Positions 28,480 to 36,870 of a stretch of 64,000 nt of DNA are shown here, piece after piece (within the stretch, counting starts at the first letter, position 1; each line of letters begins with the position of its first letter). The DNA lies in assembly GCA_016931225.1 (NCBI GenBank), contig JAFGFE010000040.1, positions 67,149 through 131,148 of the forward strand. The letters run 5' to 3'. The position numbers and the translations under genes are program-made. The notes beneath the pieces were generated by a model. That model was not told where the DNA came from. It ran no database searches and saw nothing but the letters and a program-made list of their open reading frames with translations. This stretch comes from Candidatus Zymogenaceae bacterium. Its GTDB lineage: Bacteria; Desulfobacterota; Zymogenia; Zymogenales; Zymogenaceae.

Positions 28480-29040
28480 TTACACCCCGACTCCAAAGCC
28501 GAAAATCGCCTTGTACCCCTCCTGGAAGGCGTAGAACGAATAGACGCCGATGCCCCAGAAGAGGAAGGAAAGAATCCCCAGCGCCACCACAACGGCCACG
28601 ACCGCCGGCACCGCCGACCCGCGGACATTCTTCTCGATCCTCCTTCGACCGAACAGCTCCGCGATACCCATTTCCAGGAGCGCCAGCGACAGGATGAACA
28701 CGTTCACCGGATTCAGGGTGTAATAGAGGGCCTCGAAGAAGGCGTACACCCCGGTGACGACGATGAATTCCTTGATGATCCAGGCGACGGGAACGAAGAG
28801 GGATCCGAGAATTCGCTCCGCGGCGCCCACCCCCCGTCGATAGGCGATGGGGTATATAATGGCTGCGCTGAAAACCACGCATATCATATGCACCACGCCG
28901 CACACCACCGCTATGATGTGAAACAGGCCCCCGCTGGATATCCGGGCGGCGCCGTTGAATCCGATAAAGGCAACGGCCGCAATCAGAAACAACACCGCCA
29001 CCGGACGCACAATACGCTTCGAACACGGTTGAGTTTCCAT
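28480..29040 (-). CDS. Small polytopic membrane protein, uncharacterized, upstream of and co-oriented with the sulfatase.
   Basis: A 186-aa hydrophobic ORF. No recognisable motif. Confidence 0.4.
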   Translation of the reverse strand: METQPCSKRIVRPVAVLFLIAAVAFIGFNGAARISSGGLFHIIAVVCGVVHMICVVFSAAIIYPIAYRRGVGAAERILGSLFVPVAWIIKEFIVVTGVYAFFEALYYTLNPVNVFILSLALLEMGIAELFGRRRIEKNVRGSAVPAVVAVVVALGILSFLFWGIGVYSFYAFQEGYKAIFGFGVGV

Positions 29041-29142
29041 GTATACCCTCCTGATACTATAAACATAGTATATATTTATTATATATGCCGTCGATTGTAG
29101 CAGGTTGCCGGACCTTTGACAAGAAGTGAGTTTCTCCCCGGG

Positions 29143-29180
29143 AAAAAAGAACGGCCGAAGAGTCCCCTCTCCGGCCGTTC
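29143..29180 (-). terminator. Rho-independent terminator after the GPH/MFS transporter gene.
   Basis: Stem gaacggccg/cggccgttc. On the minus strand it is followed by a T-run (plus-strand aaaaaa at 29143-29148). Confidence 0.55.
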
Positions 29181-29208
29181 GTTCAGGTCAGCATTTTCTT
29201 CACGCGCG

Positions 29209-30564
29209 TCAGATTCCCATGATGTGTTTCGTCTCCTCCTGGGAATCCCCCAGCTTGTAGGGAATGAACGCCAGCAGTCCGATCAGGCATGAGAGAGCGC
29301 AGACCATCCAGATGGCGCGAATCCCCAGGGGATTTTCGGCGCTGTATCCCAGCCAGCCGAAAACGCCGGTGAGGATCAAAGAACAGAGCGCCCAGCCGGT
29401 CTTCCTGACGATGCCGTAGATGCCGTAATAGATGGCCTCCTGGCGCTTGCCGGTCTTCAGCTCGTCGTAATCGGTGAGGTCCGCGATGATAATGAGCGAT
29501 CCCAGAAACACCCCGCCGATGGGGATGGCCGCCACCGGAAAGACCAGCATGGCCAGGATCAAGAGATCGATGGAAGTCGGAAACGCCCCGATGAAAAAAC
29601 AGAGGGTGAAACCGACGATCATGGTCACGATCACCCCACGAAAGACCCGCCGCTTCGGGAATTTCGCATAGAGCCAGTACCAGAACGGCATTGACAGGGC
29701 GATGAGGATGATTACCTCCGCCATCAACATCGAGGCCATGCCCTCATCCTTTCCCAGCACCTCGGTGGTCAAATACGGGACGTTCATCAGCATCAACTGA
29801 TAGGTCAGCTGCACCATCATGATCATGATCGCGAATGAGAGCACCTGCCTGTCCGCGAAGACCTGTTTTACCACGGTGAAGAACCGGGGCGTCTCTTGGC
29901 TGTGGTCAATCTCGTGACGCTGATGGATGCCCAGGAGGGTCAATTCGCCCGCGATCAGGCCGAACACCCCCAGCACCAGGGCCATCTTGAGCTCTCCTAA
30001 AGACTCGAACAGCGGGCCGGACAGGCCCCCGCCCACCAGCGCCCCCAGGATGCCGATGGCCACGCCGATGGAGGCGATTTTCGTCCTGACGGTGTTGTCC
30101 GGACTCATCTCCGGCAGTACGGCGAACCAGGGGATCAGCATGCCGGTGTACGAGATATAATAGAAGAACAGCACCACCGCCAGGTACACGGCGTTGATGA
30201 TGCTGGTATCGGCCACCGGCGGCCTCCATACCAGGATGAACGCCAGAAACAGAATCGGGCTGCTGATGAAGATGAAGGGCTTCCTGCGTCCCCATCGGGA
30301 ATTGGTATGATCGGACCAGTACCCCACCAGGGGGTCGGTCAGCGCGTCCAGCACCCGGCCGCCCGCCATGATGATACCCAGGGCCGCCAGGGGGATGAGG
30401 GCCGTGCGCTCCGAGCCCTCCGGCGGCAGGTAGAAGTAGGGAAGCCATGCGTAGAGAATCGTGTCATACAGGTTGAAGCTGAAGCCCGCCAGGTTGTAGA
30501 GAATCATCTCCATGATTGTGACCGGCTTGTCGGCGGCGGGAGGCGGCTGTTTCGATATGTTCAT
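29209..30564 (-). CDS. MFS transporter of the glycoside-pentoside-hexuronide (GPH, MelB-like) cation symporter family.
   Basis: GPH signature 'DALTDPLVGYWSDHTNSRWGRRKPFI'. About 12 TM segments. Confidence 0.8.
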   Translation of the reverse strand: MNISKQPPPAADKPVTIMEMILYNLAGFSFNLYDTILYAWLPYFYLPPEGSERTALIPLAALGIIMAGGRVLDALTDPLVGYWSDHTNSRWGRRKPFIFISSPILFLAFILVWRPPVADTSIINAVYLAVVLFFYYISYTGMLIPWFAVLPEMSPDNTVRTKIASIGVAIGILGALVGGGLSGPLFESLGELKMALVLGVFGLIAGELTLLGIHQRHEIDHSQETPRFFTVVKQVFADRQVLSFAIMIMMVQLTYQLMLMNVPYLTTEVLGKDEGMASMLMAEVIILIALSMPFWYWLYAKFPKRRVFRGVIVTMIVGFTLCFFIGAFPTSIDLLILAMLVFPVAAIPIGGVFLGSLIIIADLTDYDELKTGKRQEAIYYGIYGIVRKTGWALCSLILTGVFGWLGYSAENPLGIRAIWMVCALSCLIGLLAFIPYKLGDSQEETKHIMGI

Positions 30565-30679
30565 AGTCTCCTCCGGGGCGAATTGGAGTTTTTATCCGGC
30601 GAAAGAAAAATATGCGTGTATATTGAACAATTGCGGAGGATTTGTCAAAGCATTTCTCCCGCGTTTCCCCCCCCATTTC

Positions 30680-30708
30680 TTGACAGTGACCCTTCTTTCT
30701 GCCATAGT
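30680..30708 (+). promoter_or_regulatory. Candidate sigma-70 promoter for the M28 peptidase gene.
   Basis: TTGACA at 30680-85, a 17-nt spacer, then CATAGT at 30703-08. It lies 52 nt upstream of the ATG at 30760. The -10 element is weak. Confidence 0.3.
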
Positions 30709-30759
30709 CGAATCGATAGTCTCTCGTGGAAAGCATTCACACTCTCATGCCGGAGGTAC

Positions 30760-31950
30760 ATGATGGCGCTTCGAACGATCATTGACGACATTATCCGGGA
30801 TATCGGCTACCGCACCTCGGGAAGCGAGGGGGAGGCCGCCGCGGCGGGGCACATCGCCCGGGAATTGGAACGCCACGGGGCCCGTGTCTCCATCCAGGAG
30901 CTTCCCTGCCGCCTGAACTACATTCCCGGATTCGCAAACCTCATGATTGGCTCATTCCTGGCGGTGATTGTAATATATCCCTTCGCGCCGGCGGTCAGTG
31001 CAGTCCTCACCGTCGTGATACTGGCGTCGTTCCTCCTTTCCAGAAAGATCGGAAATCAGGTCATCGACTGGATGTTCAAGAAGGGGACGACCCAGAACGT
31101 CATCGGCGTCGTCCCGGCCGGGGGCGAAAAGAAGCACACACTCATCTTTTCCGGACACCACGACTCACCGGACATGATGCCCATCCTCTCACCGCCGTAC
31201 AAGGCGTACGCCCACATCATCGAGACCGTCACCGTGGCGGGGTTCGCCCTGATGATCCCTGCGGGAATACTGCGGGCACTCTTCGGAGACGTATTCTCAT
31301 GGTTTCCCCTGCACGTCGGCTGGTATGACGTCGTCTATCCGCTCTGTGTTTTGGGTTTCGCGGTCGGGGTCTTTTACCGATCGATGGTGGTCACCGGCCG
31401 GAAAAACCTGGGCGCCAACGACAACCTCTCCGCTGTGGCGGTGGTGGCGGGTATCGCCGATTACCTGGCCGCACACCCGACACGGCACACCGAGGTGATG
31501 CTCATCACCTTCGGCAGCGAGGAATCCGGATTCTATGGCTCCCATTATTTCGCCGCCCACAACCGTGACCTCATCAAGGATGCCGTCAACATCAACATAG
31601 AGACGGTGGGTGCGGGGGAGCTTGCAGTCATCGACAGGGAGCGAAACAGCGGCACCTCCTACACCCCCGAGGTGGTCGATATGATCCGCCACGCCGGGGA
31701 GAGGGCGGGGATAGCCCTCGAGTCCGTGACCATTAATTTCGGCGGCACCGACTCCTACGCAATGATAAAAGACGGGGGGAACTCCGCGTGCCTCTTCGGC
31801 ATGGACGAATACCGCCTCTTCCCAAACTGGCACTCCCCGCTGGACGTCCCGGAGAACGTGTCCGAGGAGAAGCTTGAGAAGGCGCTGTCGGTCTGCATCG
31901 AGGCGATCAAGATCGCCGAGGAGGAGGGACTGCCGATACCCACGGCGTAA
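30760..31950 (+). CDS. M28 family zinc aminopeptidase, membrane-anchored.
   Basis: 'FSGHHDS', 'GANDNLSAVAVVAGIADYL' and 'FGSEESGFYGSHYF' are M28 motifs. The start is the ATG at 30760 behind ggagg. The 30307 ORF extension has no support. Confidence 0.7.
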   Translation: MMALRTIIDDIIRDIGYRTSGSEGEAAAAGHIARELERHGARVSIQELPCRLNYIPGFANLMIGSFLAVIVIYPFAPAVSAVLTVVILASFLLSRKIGNQVIDWMFKKGTTQNVIGVVPAGGEKKHTLIFSGHHDSPDMMPILSPPYKAYAHIIETVTVAGFALMIPAGILRALFGDVFSWFPLHVGWYDVVYPLCVLGFAVGVFYRSMVVTGRKNLGANDNLSAVAVVAGIADYLAAHPTRHTEVMLITFGSEESGFYGSHYFAAHNRDLIKDAVNINIETVGAGELAVIDRERNSGTSYTPEVVDMIRHAGERAGIALESVTINFGGTDSYAMIKDGGNSACLFGMDEYRLFPNWHSPLDVPENVSEEKLEKALSVCIEAIKIAEEEGLPIPTA

Positions 31951-32010
31951 TCAATCGCCCTTTGGCGGACGGTCCAGGGAGGTGAGGGAGACGAAGGGGA
32001 GCGAACTTAT
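31951..32010 (-). pseudogene. Relic of the 3' end of a GH114-like gene, a paralogue of the C-terminus of the CDS at 38731..39747.
   Basis: Minus-strand translation '...LPFVSLTSLDRPPKGD*' against 'VPFVSRTPLDRLPDEI*' at 38731. The nucleotide block ggtccagggaggtgagggagacgaagggga is also present at 38750-38790. Confidence 0.4.
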
Positions 32011-32092
32011 AAGAGCGGCAGGAGTGAACTGCCTCTCGGGCGGACTCTGGCTGTATGCAAGGCACCAAGAAAGACGAGGAGCTTTCTTTCTC

Positions 32093-32130
32093 TTTGAAAA
32101 ATAAGGGGGGCCACAACCGGCCCCCCGTTT
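32093..32130. terminator. GC-rich hairpin flanked by an A-run and a T-rich tract, a relic bidirectional terminator.
   Basis: ggggggcc-acaacc-ggcccccc stem-loop. It is homologous to the hairpin at 38608-38631. Confidence 0.45.
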
Positions 32131-32582
32131 CACTTCAAGCCATTTCAGTCAAACATCGAGACCTGCACCGCTTCTTTCTCTTATTCGAATAATACATCCA
32201 TCACGTAAAACACTTCCCGCCGTCAACGACGAAGTCGCCCGAAACCGGAGGTTTTCGTCTGACAGGCGTCATTATCATTTTTTCTATTGAATAATGAGGA
32301 TACTTCCCATAAGATGTACACTCGTAAAACATTATAAAAATTAGGTTTAAATGACAAAAATTGAGGTGATTATTCACGGTTCGTCCGAAAAACCGTAAGA
32401 TACGTGACGATAATCGGGTGGATACCTTTTCTGACCTTTCAAACATTGTTCGAGTAAACACCTATGCGCCTTTTTCCCAGTCTTTACACACGAGCGTGAA
32501 ACGATTCGATATCCATCATGCATCCTATCACGGTGGTAACTCATGTACTATCATCCCATTTCTTAACAAGGAGGCATAGAAA

Positions 32583-34247
32583 ATGGAAGACCGTCTCTGG
32601 CACAAGGCTTATGTACCTGGTATTCCGAAATCCATCGACTATGAGGACCTCACCATAAGTGAGTTCCTCTCCCGAACGGCGAAAAGATTTCCAAAGAGAT
32701 GCGCCCTCACATTTCTCGGTAAGAAGATCTCTTACGCCGAACTGGACGGACTTGCCAATCGTTTTGCAAACGCACTCATAAAACTGGGGGTGAAGCCGGG
32801 TGACCGGGTGGGCCTCTTGATGCCGAATATCCCGCAGATAGTGATCTCCTACTACGGCATCTGGCGCGCCGGGGCGGTGGCCGTGCCGGTCAATCCCCTC
32901 TATACCGATCGGGAGATAGAACATCAGTTCAACAGCTCCGGCACGACTGCGGTCATCACCCTCGACCTCCTGGCGCCGAGGGCGCTTGGCATGAGATCAA
33001 AAACAAAGATACAGACGGTCATCACGGCCCATATCAACGACTATCTCCCCTTTCCCACAAAACAGCTATACCCCTTTGTCAAGAAGGGGATGTATTTCAA
33101 ATACGAAAAGCAGCCGGACTACTACCAATTTTTGGACCTCATGAAGGAGAGCTCTCCGAAATCCTCCGGCGATCCCTCGAAACTCGATGAACTTGCCCTG
33201 ATACCCTATTCAGGCGGCACCACGGGATTGGCAAAGGGGGTAAGCATCAGCCACAGGAACATCTCTTGCATCACCCAGATTCTGCAGACGTGGCTCTACG
33301 ACGTAAAGGAGCAACCCGAATCGGAGCTTGCGATCTTCCCCTTCTTCCACATGGCCGGTTTCACGGCGGTAATGAACGTGTGCATTATAAACGGCTGGAA
33401 CGCCATCCTCGTGCCCCGTCCCGAGCCCCAGATAGTCATGGATATGATAAGAAAGCACAAGCCCTCGATCGTTTTGGCGGTGCCGACCATCTTCGTTGGA
33501 GTTCTGGCCCTGCCCGAGTTTCAAGAGACCGATCTCTCGTTCGTCAAGGGATTTTTCTCCGGCGCGGCGCCGCTCCCCGTGGAAACGATACACACTCTCA
33601 AAGAATCCACAGGGGCGACAATAGTGGAGGGATACGGCATGACCGAATCCACAACCCTCATCACCGTCACGCCGTGGGGGGGAACCCTCAAGCCCGGGAG
33701 CGTCGGCGTGCCTTTTCCGGATACCGACATAAGAATTGTCGATCTTGAGACCGGGGAAAAGGACTTGCCCTTGGGTGAGGAAGGGGAGATCATATTCCGC
33801 GGACCCCAGTTGTGCCAGGGCTATTACAACAACCCGGAAGAGACCGAGAATTCGTTCAGAGACGGGTGGTTCTACACCGGTGATATAGGGAAGATGGACG
33901 AGGACGGCTATCTGTATATCGTTGACAGGAAAAAGGAGATGATTATCGCCGGCGGCTATAACATCTTCCCGAGGGACATCGAAGAGGTACTCTATGAGCA
34001 CCCGAAGATTCTGGAGGCCTGCGTATTGGGCGTGCCCCACGAATATCGCGGGGAGACGGTCAAGGCCTTTGTCGTCCTCAAGCAGGGGGAGACGATAACC
34101 GAAGAAGAGCTGGACGCCTACTGCAGAGAGAATCTCGCGCCCTACAAGGTGCCGAAGCTGTATGAATTCAGGGAGGACCTCCCGAAGTCTGCCATAGGAA
34201 AGATACTCAAAAAGGAGCTGAAGGAATCCCTGAAAGCGGAAAAGTAA
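32583..34247 (+). CDS. AMP-dependent synthetase/ligase (long-chain fatty-acid-CoA ligase-like).
   Basis: AMP-binding motif 'IPYSGGTTGLAKGV', 'GYGMTE', 'YTGDIGKMDEDGYLYIVDRKK'. Confidence 0.85.
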   Translation: MEDRLWHKAYVPGIPKSIDYEDLTISEFLSRTAKRFPKRCALTFLGKKISYAELDGLANRFANALIKLGVKPGDRVGLLMPNIPQIVISYYGIWRAGAVAVPVNPLYTDREIEHQFNSSGTTAVITLDLLAPRALGMRSKTKIQTVITAHINDYLPFPTKQLYPFVKKGMYFKYEKQPDYYQFLDLMKESSPKSSGDPSKLDELALIPYSGGTTGLAKGVSISHRNISCITQILQTWLYDVKEQPESELAIFPFFHMAGFTAVMNVCIINGWNAILVPRPEPQIVMDMIRKHKPSIVLAVPTIFVGVLALPEFQETDLSFVKGFFSGAAPLPVETIHTLKESTGATIVEGYGMTESTTLITVTPWGGTLKPGSVGVPFPDTDIRIVDLETGEKDLPLGEEGEIIFRGPQLCQGYYNNPEETENSFRDGWFYTGDIGKMDEDGYLYIVDRKKEMIIAGGYNIFPRDIEEVLYEHPKILEACVLGVPHEYRGETVKAFVVLKQGETITEEELDAYCRENLAPYKVPKLYEFREDLPKSAIGKILKKELKESLKAEK

Positions 34248-34451
34248 CCCAACGAGGATGCCGAAGACCCGGATATCTCGGGTGTCCATCTGAAGGTACG
34301 GAAGGCGGTTTTTCAAAAAATGTAGAGTCAAGTTAGTTTTTATATAAGATACGGCAGCCGCGGATTGCGCTGACGGTAAGTCCTTTTGAAAGACAATGCT
34401 ACTTCGCCGCGCGACGCCCTTTTCGGCTGCCGTTTCTTTATGCAGTCATTG

Positions 34452-34700
34452 TCAATATGACCCCAGGCCGTCAAGAAAGGCCTTTCGAGGCGTTCGTCCC
34501 TGGCAGTACTTCCCCTGGTTCGTTCGCCCTTCACTGTAATACTGCATGAACCCGTTTAGGTCGACTTGTATCTCCTCAAGGGACCGATAGAGTTCCTTCC
34601 TAAAGGCCACCTCTTAAAACTCATCCTTGATAATCCGGTTCAGGCGCTCCACCGATCCGTTAGTCTGTGGACGTCTGACCCGTGTCCTCATCGCATCCTT
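34452..34700 (-). mobile_element. Truncated, disrupted C-terminal fragment of an IS481-like (rve/DDE integrase core) transposase gene.
   Basis: Minus-strand translation 'DAMRTRVRRPQTNGSVERLNRIIKDEF*EVAFRKELYRSLEEIQVDLNGFMQYYSEGRTNQGKYCQGRTPRKAFLDG'. There is an in-frame stop, no N-terminal catalytic region and no start codon. Flanking sequence is AT-rich. Confidence 0.7.
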
Positions 34701-34768
34701 TTTTATATGAACAATGAGTTATCAGTAAAATCCCCACAATATTAGCTATTTTATGATAAAATATCTTC

Positions 34769-34797
34769 TTGACAAATATATTTTGTTCTGATATTTT
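34769..34797 (+). promoter_or_regulatory. Candidate sigma-70 promoter of the padR-dehydratase-ligase operon.
   Basis: TTGACA at 34769-74, a 17-nt spacer, then TATTTT at 34792-97. It is flanked by inverted repeat AAAATATC (34758-65) and GATATTTT (34790-97), a possible PadR operator. Confidence 0.4.
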
Positions 34798-34870
34798 GCA
34801 GCAAGATAAAAAAGAGAGGATACGTAGGTGTGTTTAATGAGCGGTTTTTCGCATCAGTAATGCGAAGGAG

Positions 34871-35398
34871 GTGGAAAAGATGACGGACGTGCAGTTGATG
34901 ATCCTGGGATTTTTGTCCTCGGGAGCCAAAACCGGTTACCGGCTCAACCAGATTTTCGGCAAGCTCATGCTGTATTACGCGGTGGGACTGAATCAGATTT
35001 ATCCTGTGTTGAAAAATCTGGAGGCCGAGGGTTTGGTAGAAAAAGAGGTCGTCTTCCAGGTGGGCAAGCCCAGCAAGAATGTATACAGCATTACCCCGGC
35101 CGGTCAAGCCTACCTGACCGAGAAACTCACCGGACCGGCCGTGCCCATGGATTATCATCTGCCGTTTTTACAACGAGTGTTTTTTTTCCGCTTTTTAAAC
35201 CACGACCAGGTCCTCGAGGCCTTCCAAAGCGAAATTTGCTCGATCGACGAGCAGATCAACACCCTTGAAGAAATGGAAGACACTGTAAAAGAGTACGCCG
35301 ACACAGACGGCGAGTTTGCGTACCGTACGGCTTTGCATTTTTTGAAATCGTTGGCAGACTGGTACAAGGCCGAATATTCGAAAAGGAGGCAACAGTAG
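34871..35398 (+). CDS. PadR family transcriptional regulator.
   Basis: 'LMILGFLSSGAKTGYRLNQIF...NQIYPVLKNLEAEGLVEKEV' is a PadR winged-HTH. RBS aaggaggtg. Confidence 0.75.
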   Translation: MEKMTDVQLMILGFLSSGAKTGYRLNQIFGKLMLYYAVGLNQIYPVLKNLEAEGLVEKEVVFQVGKPSKNVYSITPAGQAYLTEKLTGPAVPMDYHLPFLQRVFFFRFLNHDQVLEAFQSEICSIDEQINTLEEMEDTVKEYADTDGEFAYRTALHFLKSLADWYKAEYSKRRQQ

Positions 35399-35401
35399 CT
35401 T

Positions 35402-36835
35402 ATGGGCATCAAAACCGGACAGGAATATGTGGAAACCTTACGCCATCAGGCGCCCTGCGTGCACATCGCCGGACAGACGGTGCGAAACGTTGTGGATAAT
35501 CCCCTGTTTGCCACTTCCATCAAGGAAATGGCCAAGTTCTATGATTTTCAAAGCGATCCTGAAACGCGTCAAGACTTTTCCTTCACCTCACCCCTGATTG
35601 ACGAAACCGTGGGATTCTGGACCCATCTGCGCCAGAGTCCGGCCGAATTGGAGGCCATGATTCGGACCATGAAACATTACAATGCCCGACACTTTTGCAC
35701 CATGTGCATGGGCATCGGCCTTTCGGTGATGTGGGCGACCACTTGGGAAATCGACCAGGCCAAAGGCACTCCGTATCACCAGAACTTCCGCCGTTTTTTC
35801 GAAAAGATTCAGCGCGAGGATTTGCGGTACTGCCTTGGCGTCATGGACCCAAAGGGCGACCGATCCAAAGGCCCCGCCGCCCAGGCGGACCCTGACCTTC
35901 ACATACGCGTGGTGGAAAAGCGCTCCAATGGCATTGTGGTTCGCGGGGCCAAGATGCACACCTCCAACGCGCCCATGACCCACTTCTTCTTTGCCATGCC
36001 GTGTCGGGAACTTTCCGAAGCGGACGCCGACTATGCCGTGGCCTTTGTGACGCCCGTGGAGACGCCCGGCATTTCCTACATTACGCGGCCCGCGCCCGGA
36101 CCAGTGGGCGAGCGTCAATTTGAAAGCCCGGTGTCAACGCAAATCGGGTTTACCGAATCGCTCACCGTTTTCGAAGACGTATTCATTCCCTGGGAAAACG
36201 TGTTCATGTGCGGCGAATGGGAATTCACTAGGCAGCTTATTTCCTGCTTTTCACCCTACGTCCGACTGGCCAAAGGGACCTGCACCTCGGCGAGGATCGA
36301 CATTATCGCTGGGGCCGCAGCTTTGGCAGCCCGATACAACGGCACGAGCAAAGCCAGCCACATAAAAAGCAAGATCAACGACATGATGGTCTCCTCACAA
36401 ATCGGATTTGGCTGCGCCCTGGGATCCATCGCCAACGGTTCCATTCACCCGTCCGGCATCCCCATTCCTGACATTTCCATCGCCAATGCGGGCCTGTATC
36501 ATACCAGGCTTCGTCTTGTGGAATTTTTGGGCATGCTCATGGAAATCGCCGGCGGCATTATCACCACCATGCCCATTGAGACCGAATACGGCAACCCGGA
36601 ATTAAAACCTGTTATCGATAAGTATTTGGCCGGAGCGGCTGGAACTCCCACCAGCGACCGCATGCGGCTGATGTACCTGATCCAGGATCTTACCGCCTCG
36701 CGCTTTTCCGGCTATTTGATTTCAAGCGCCATCTGCGCCGGCGGCACCCCCGAAACCTGCCGCCTGGAAGTTGCCCGAAATTACGACTTATTGCGTATGA
36801 CAAACAATGTGTGCGCCATGTGCGGTATCGACTAA
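35402..36835 (+). CDS. 4-hydroxybutyryl-CoA dehydratase / 4-hydroxyphenylacetate 3-hydroxylase (AbfD/HpaB) family protein.
   Basis: The 'GVMDPKGDRSKGPAAQADPDLHIRVVEKRSNGIVVRGAKMH' block matches the AbfD 'DPKGDR...PSAQKDPDLFLRIVEKREDGIVVRGAKAH' region, with overall collinearity to AbfD. Confidence 0.7.
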   Translation: MGIKTGQEYVETLRHQAPCVHIAGQTVRNVVDNPLFATSIKEMAKFYDFQSDPETRQDFSFTSPLIDETVGFWTHLRQSPAELEAMIRTMKHYNARHFCTMCMGIGLSVMWATTWEIDQAKGTPYHQNFRRFFEKIQREDLRYCLGVMDPKGDRSKGPAAQADPDLHIRVVEKRSNGIVVRGAKMHTSNAPMTHFFFAMPCRELSEADADYAVAFVTPVETPGISYITRPAPGPVGERQFESPVSTQIGFTESLTVFEDVFIPWENVFMCGEWEFTRQLISCFSPYVRLAKGTCTSARIDIIAGAAALAARYNGTSKASHIKSKINDMMVSSQIGFGCALGSIANGSIHPSGIPIPDISIANAGLYHTRLRLVEFLGMLMEIAGGIITTMPIETEYGNPELKPVIDKYLAGAAGTPTSDRMRLMYLIQDLTASRFSGYLISSAICAGGTPETCRLEVARNYDLLRMTNNVCAMCGID

Positions 36836-36870
36836 CAACCCACGGTAAACACTCACAGGAGGTATTTGAG

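Noticed and set aside
28446-28628. N-terminal 61 codons of the sulfatase ORF.
   Set aside because: The Tat signal peptide begins at the internal Met (28445). The upstream part overlaps the preceding gene and is Arg/Trp-rich nonsense.
30307-30759. Upstream extension of the M28 peptidase ORF (547 aa).
   Set aside because: The extension overlaps the divergent transporter gene and its control region, has no RBS and reads as low-complexity Arg/Gly-rich sequence. The ATG at 30760 has a ggagg RBS.
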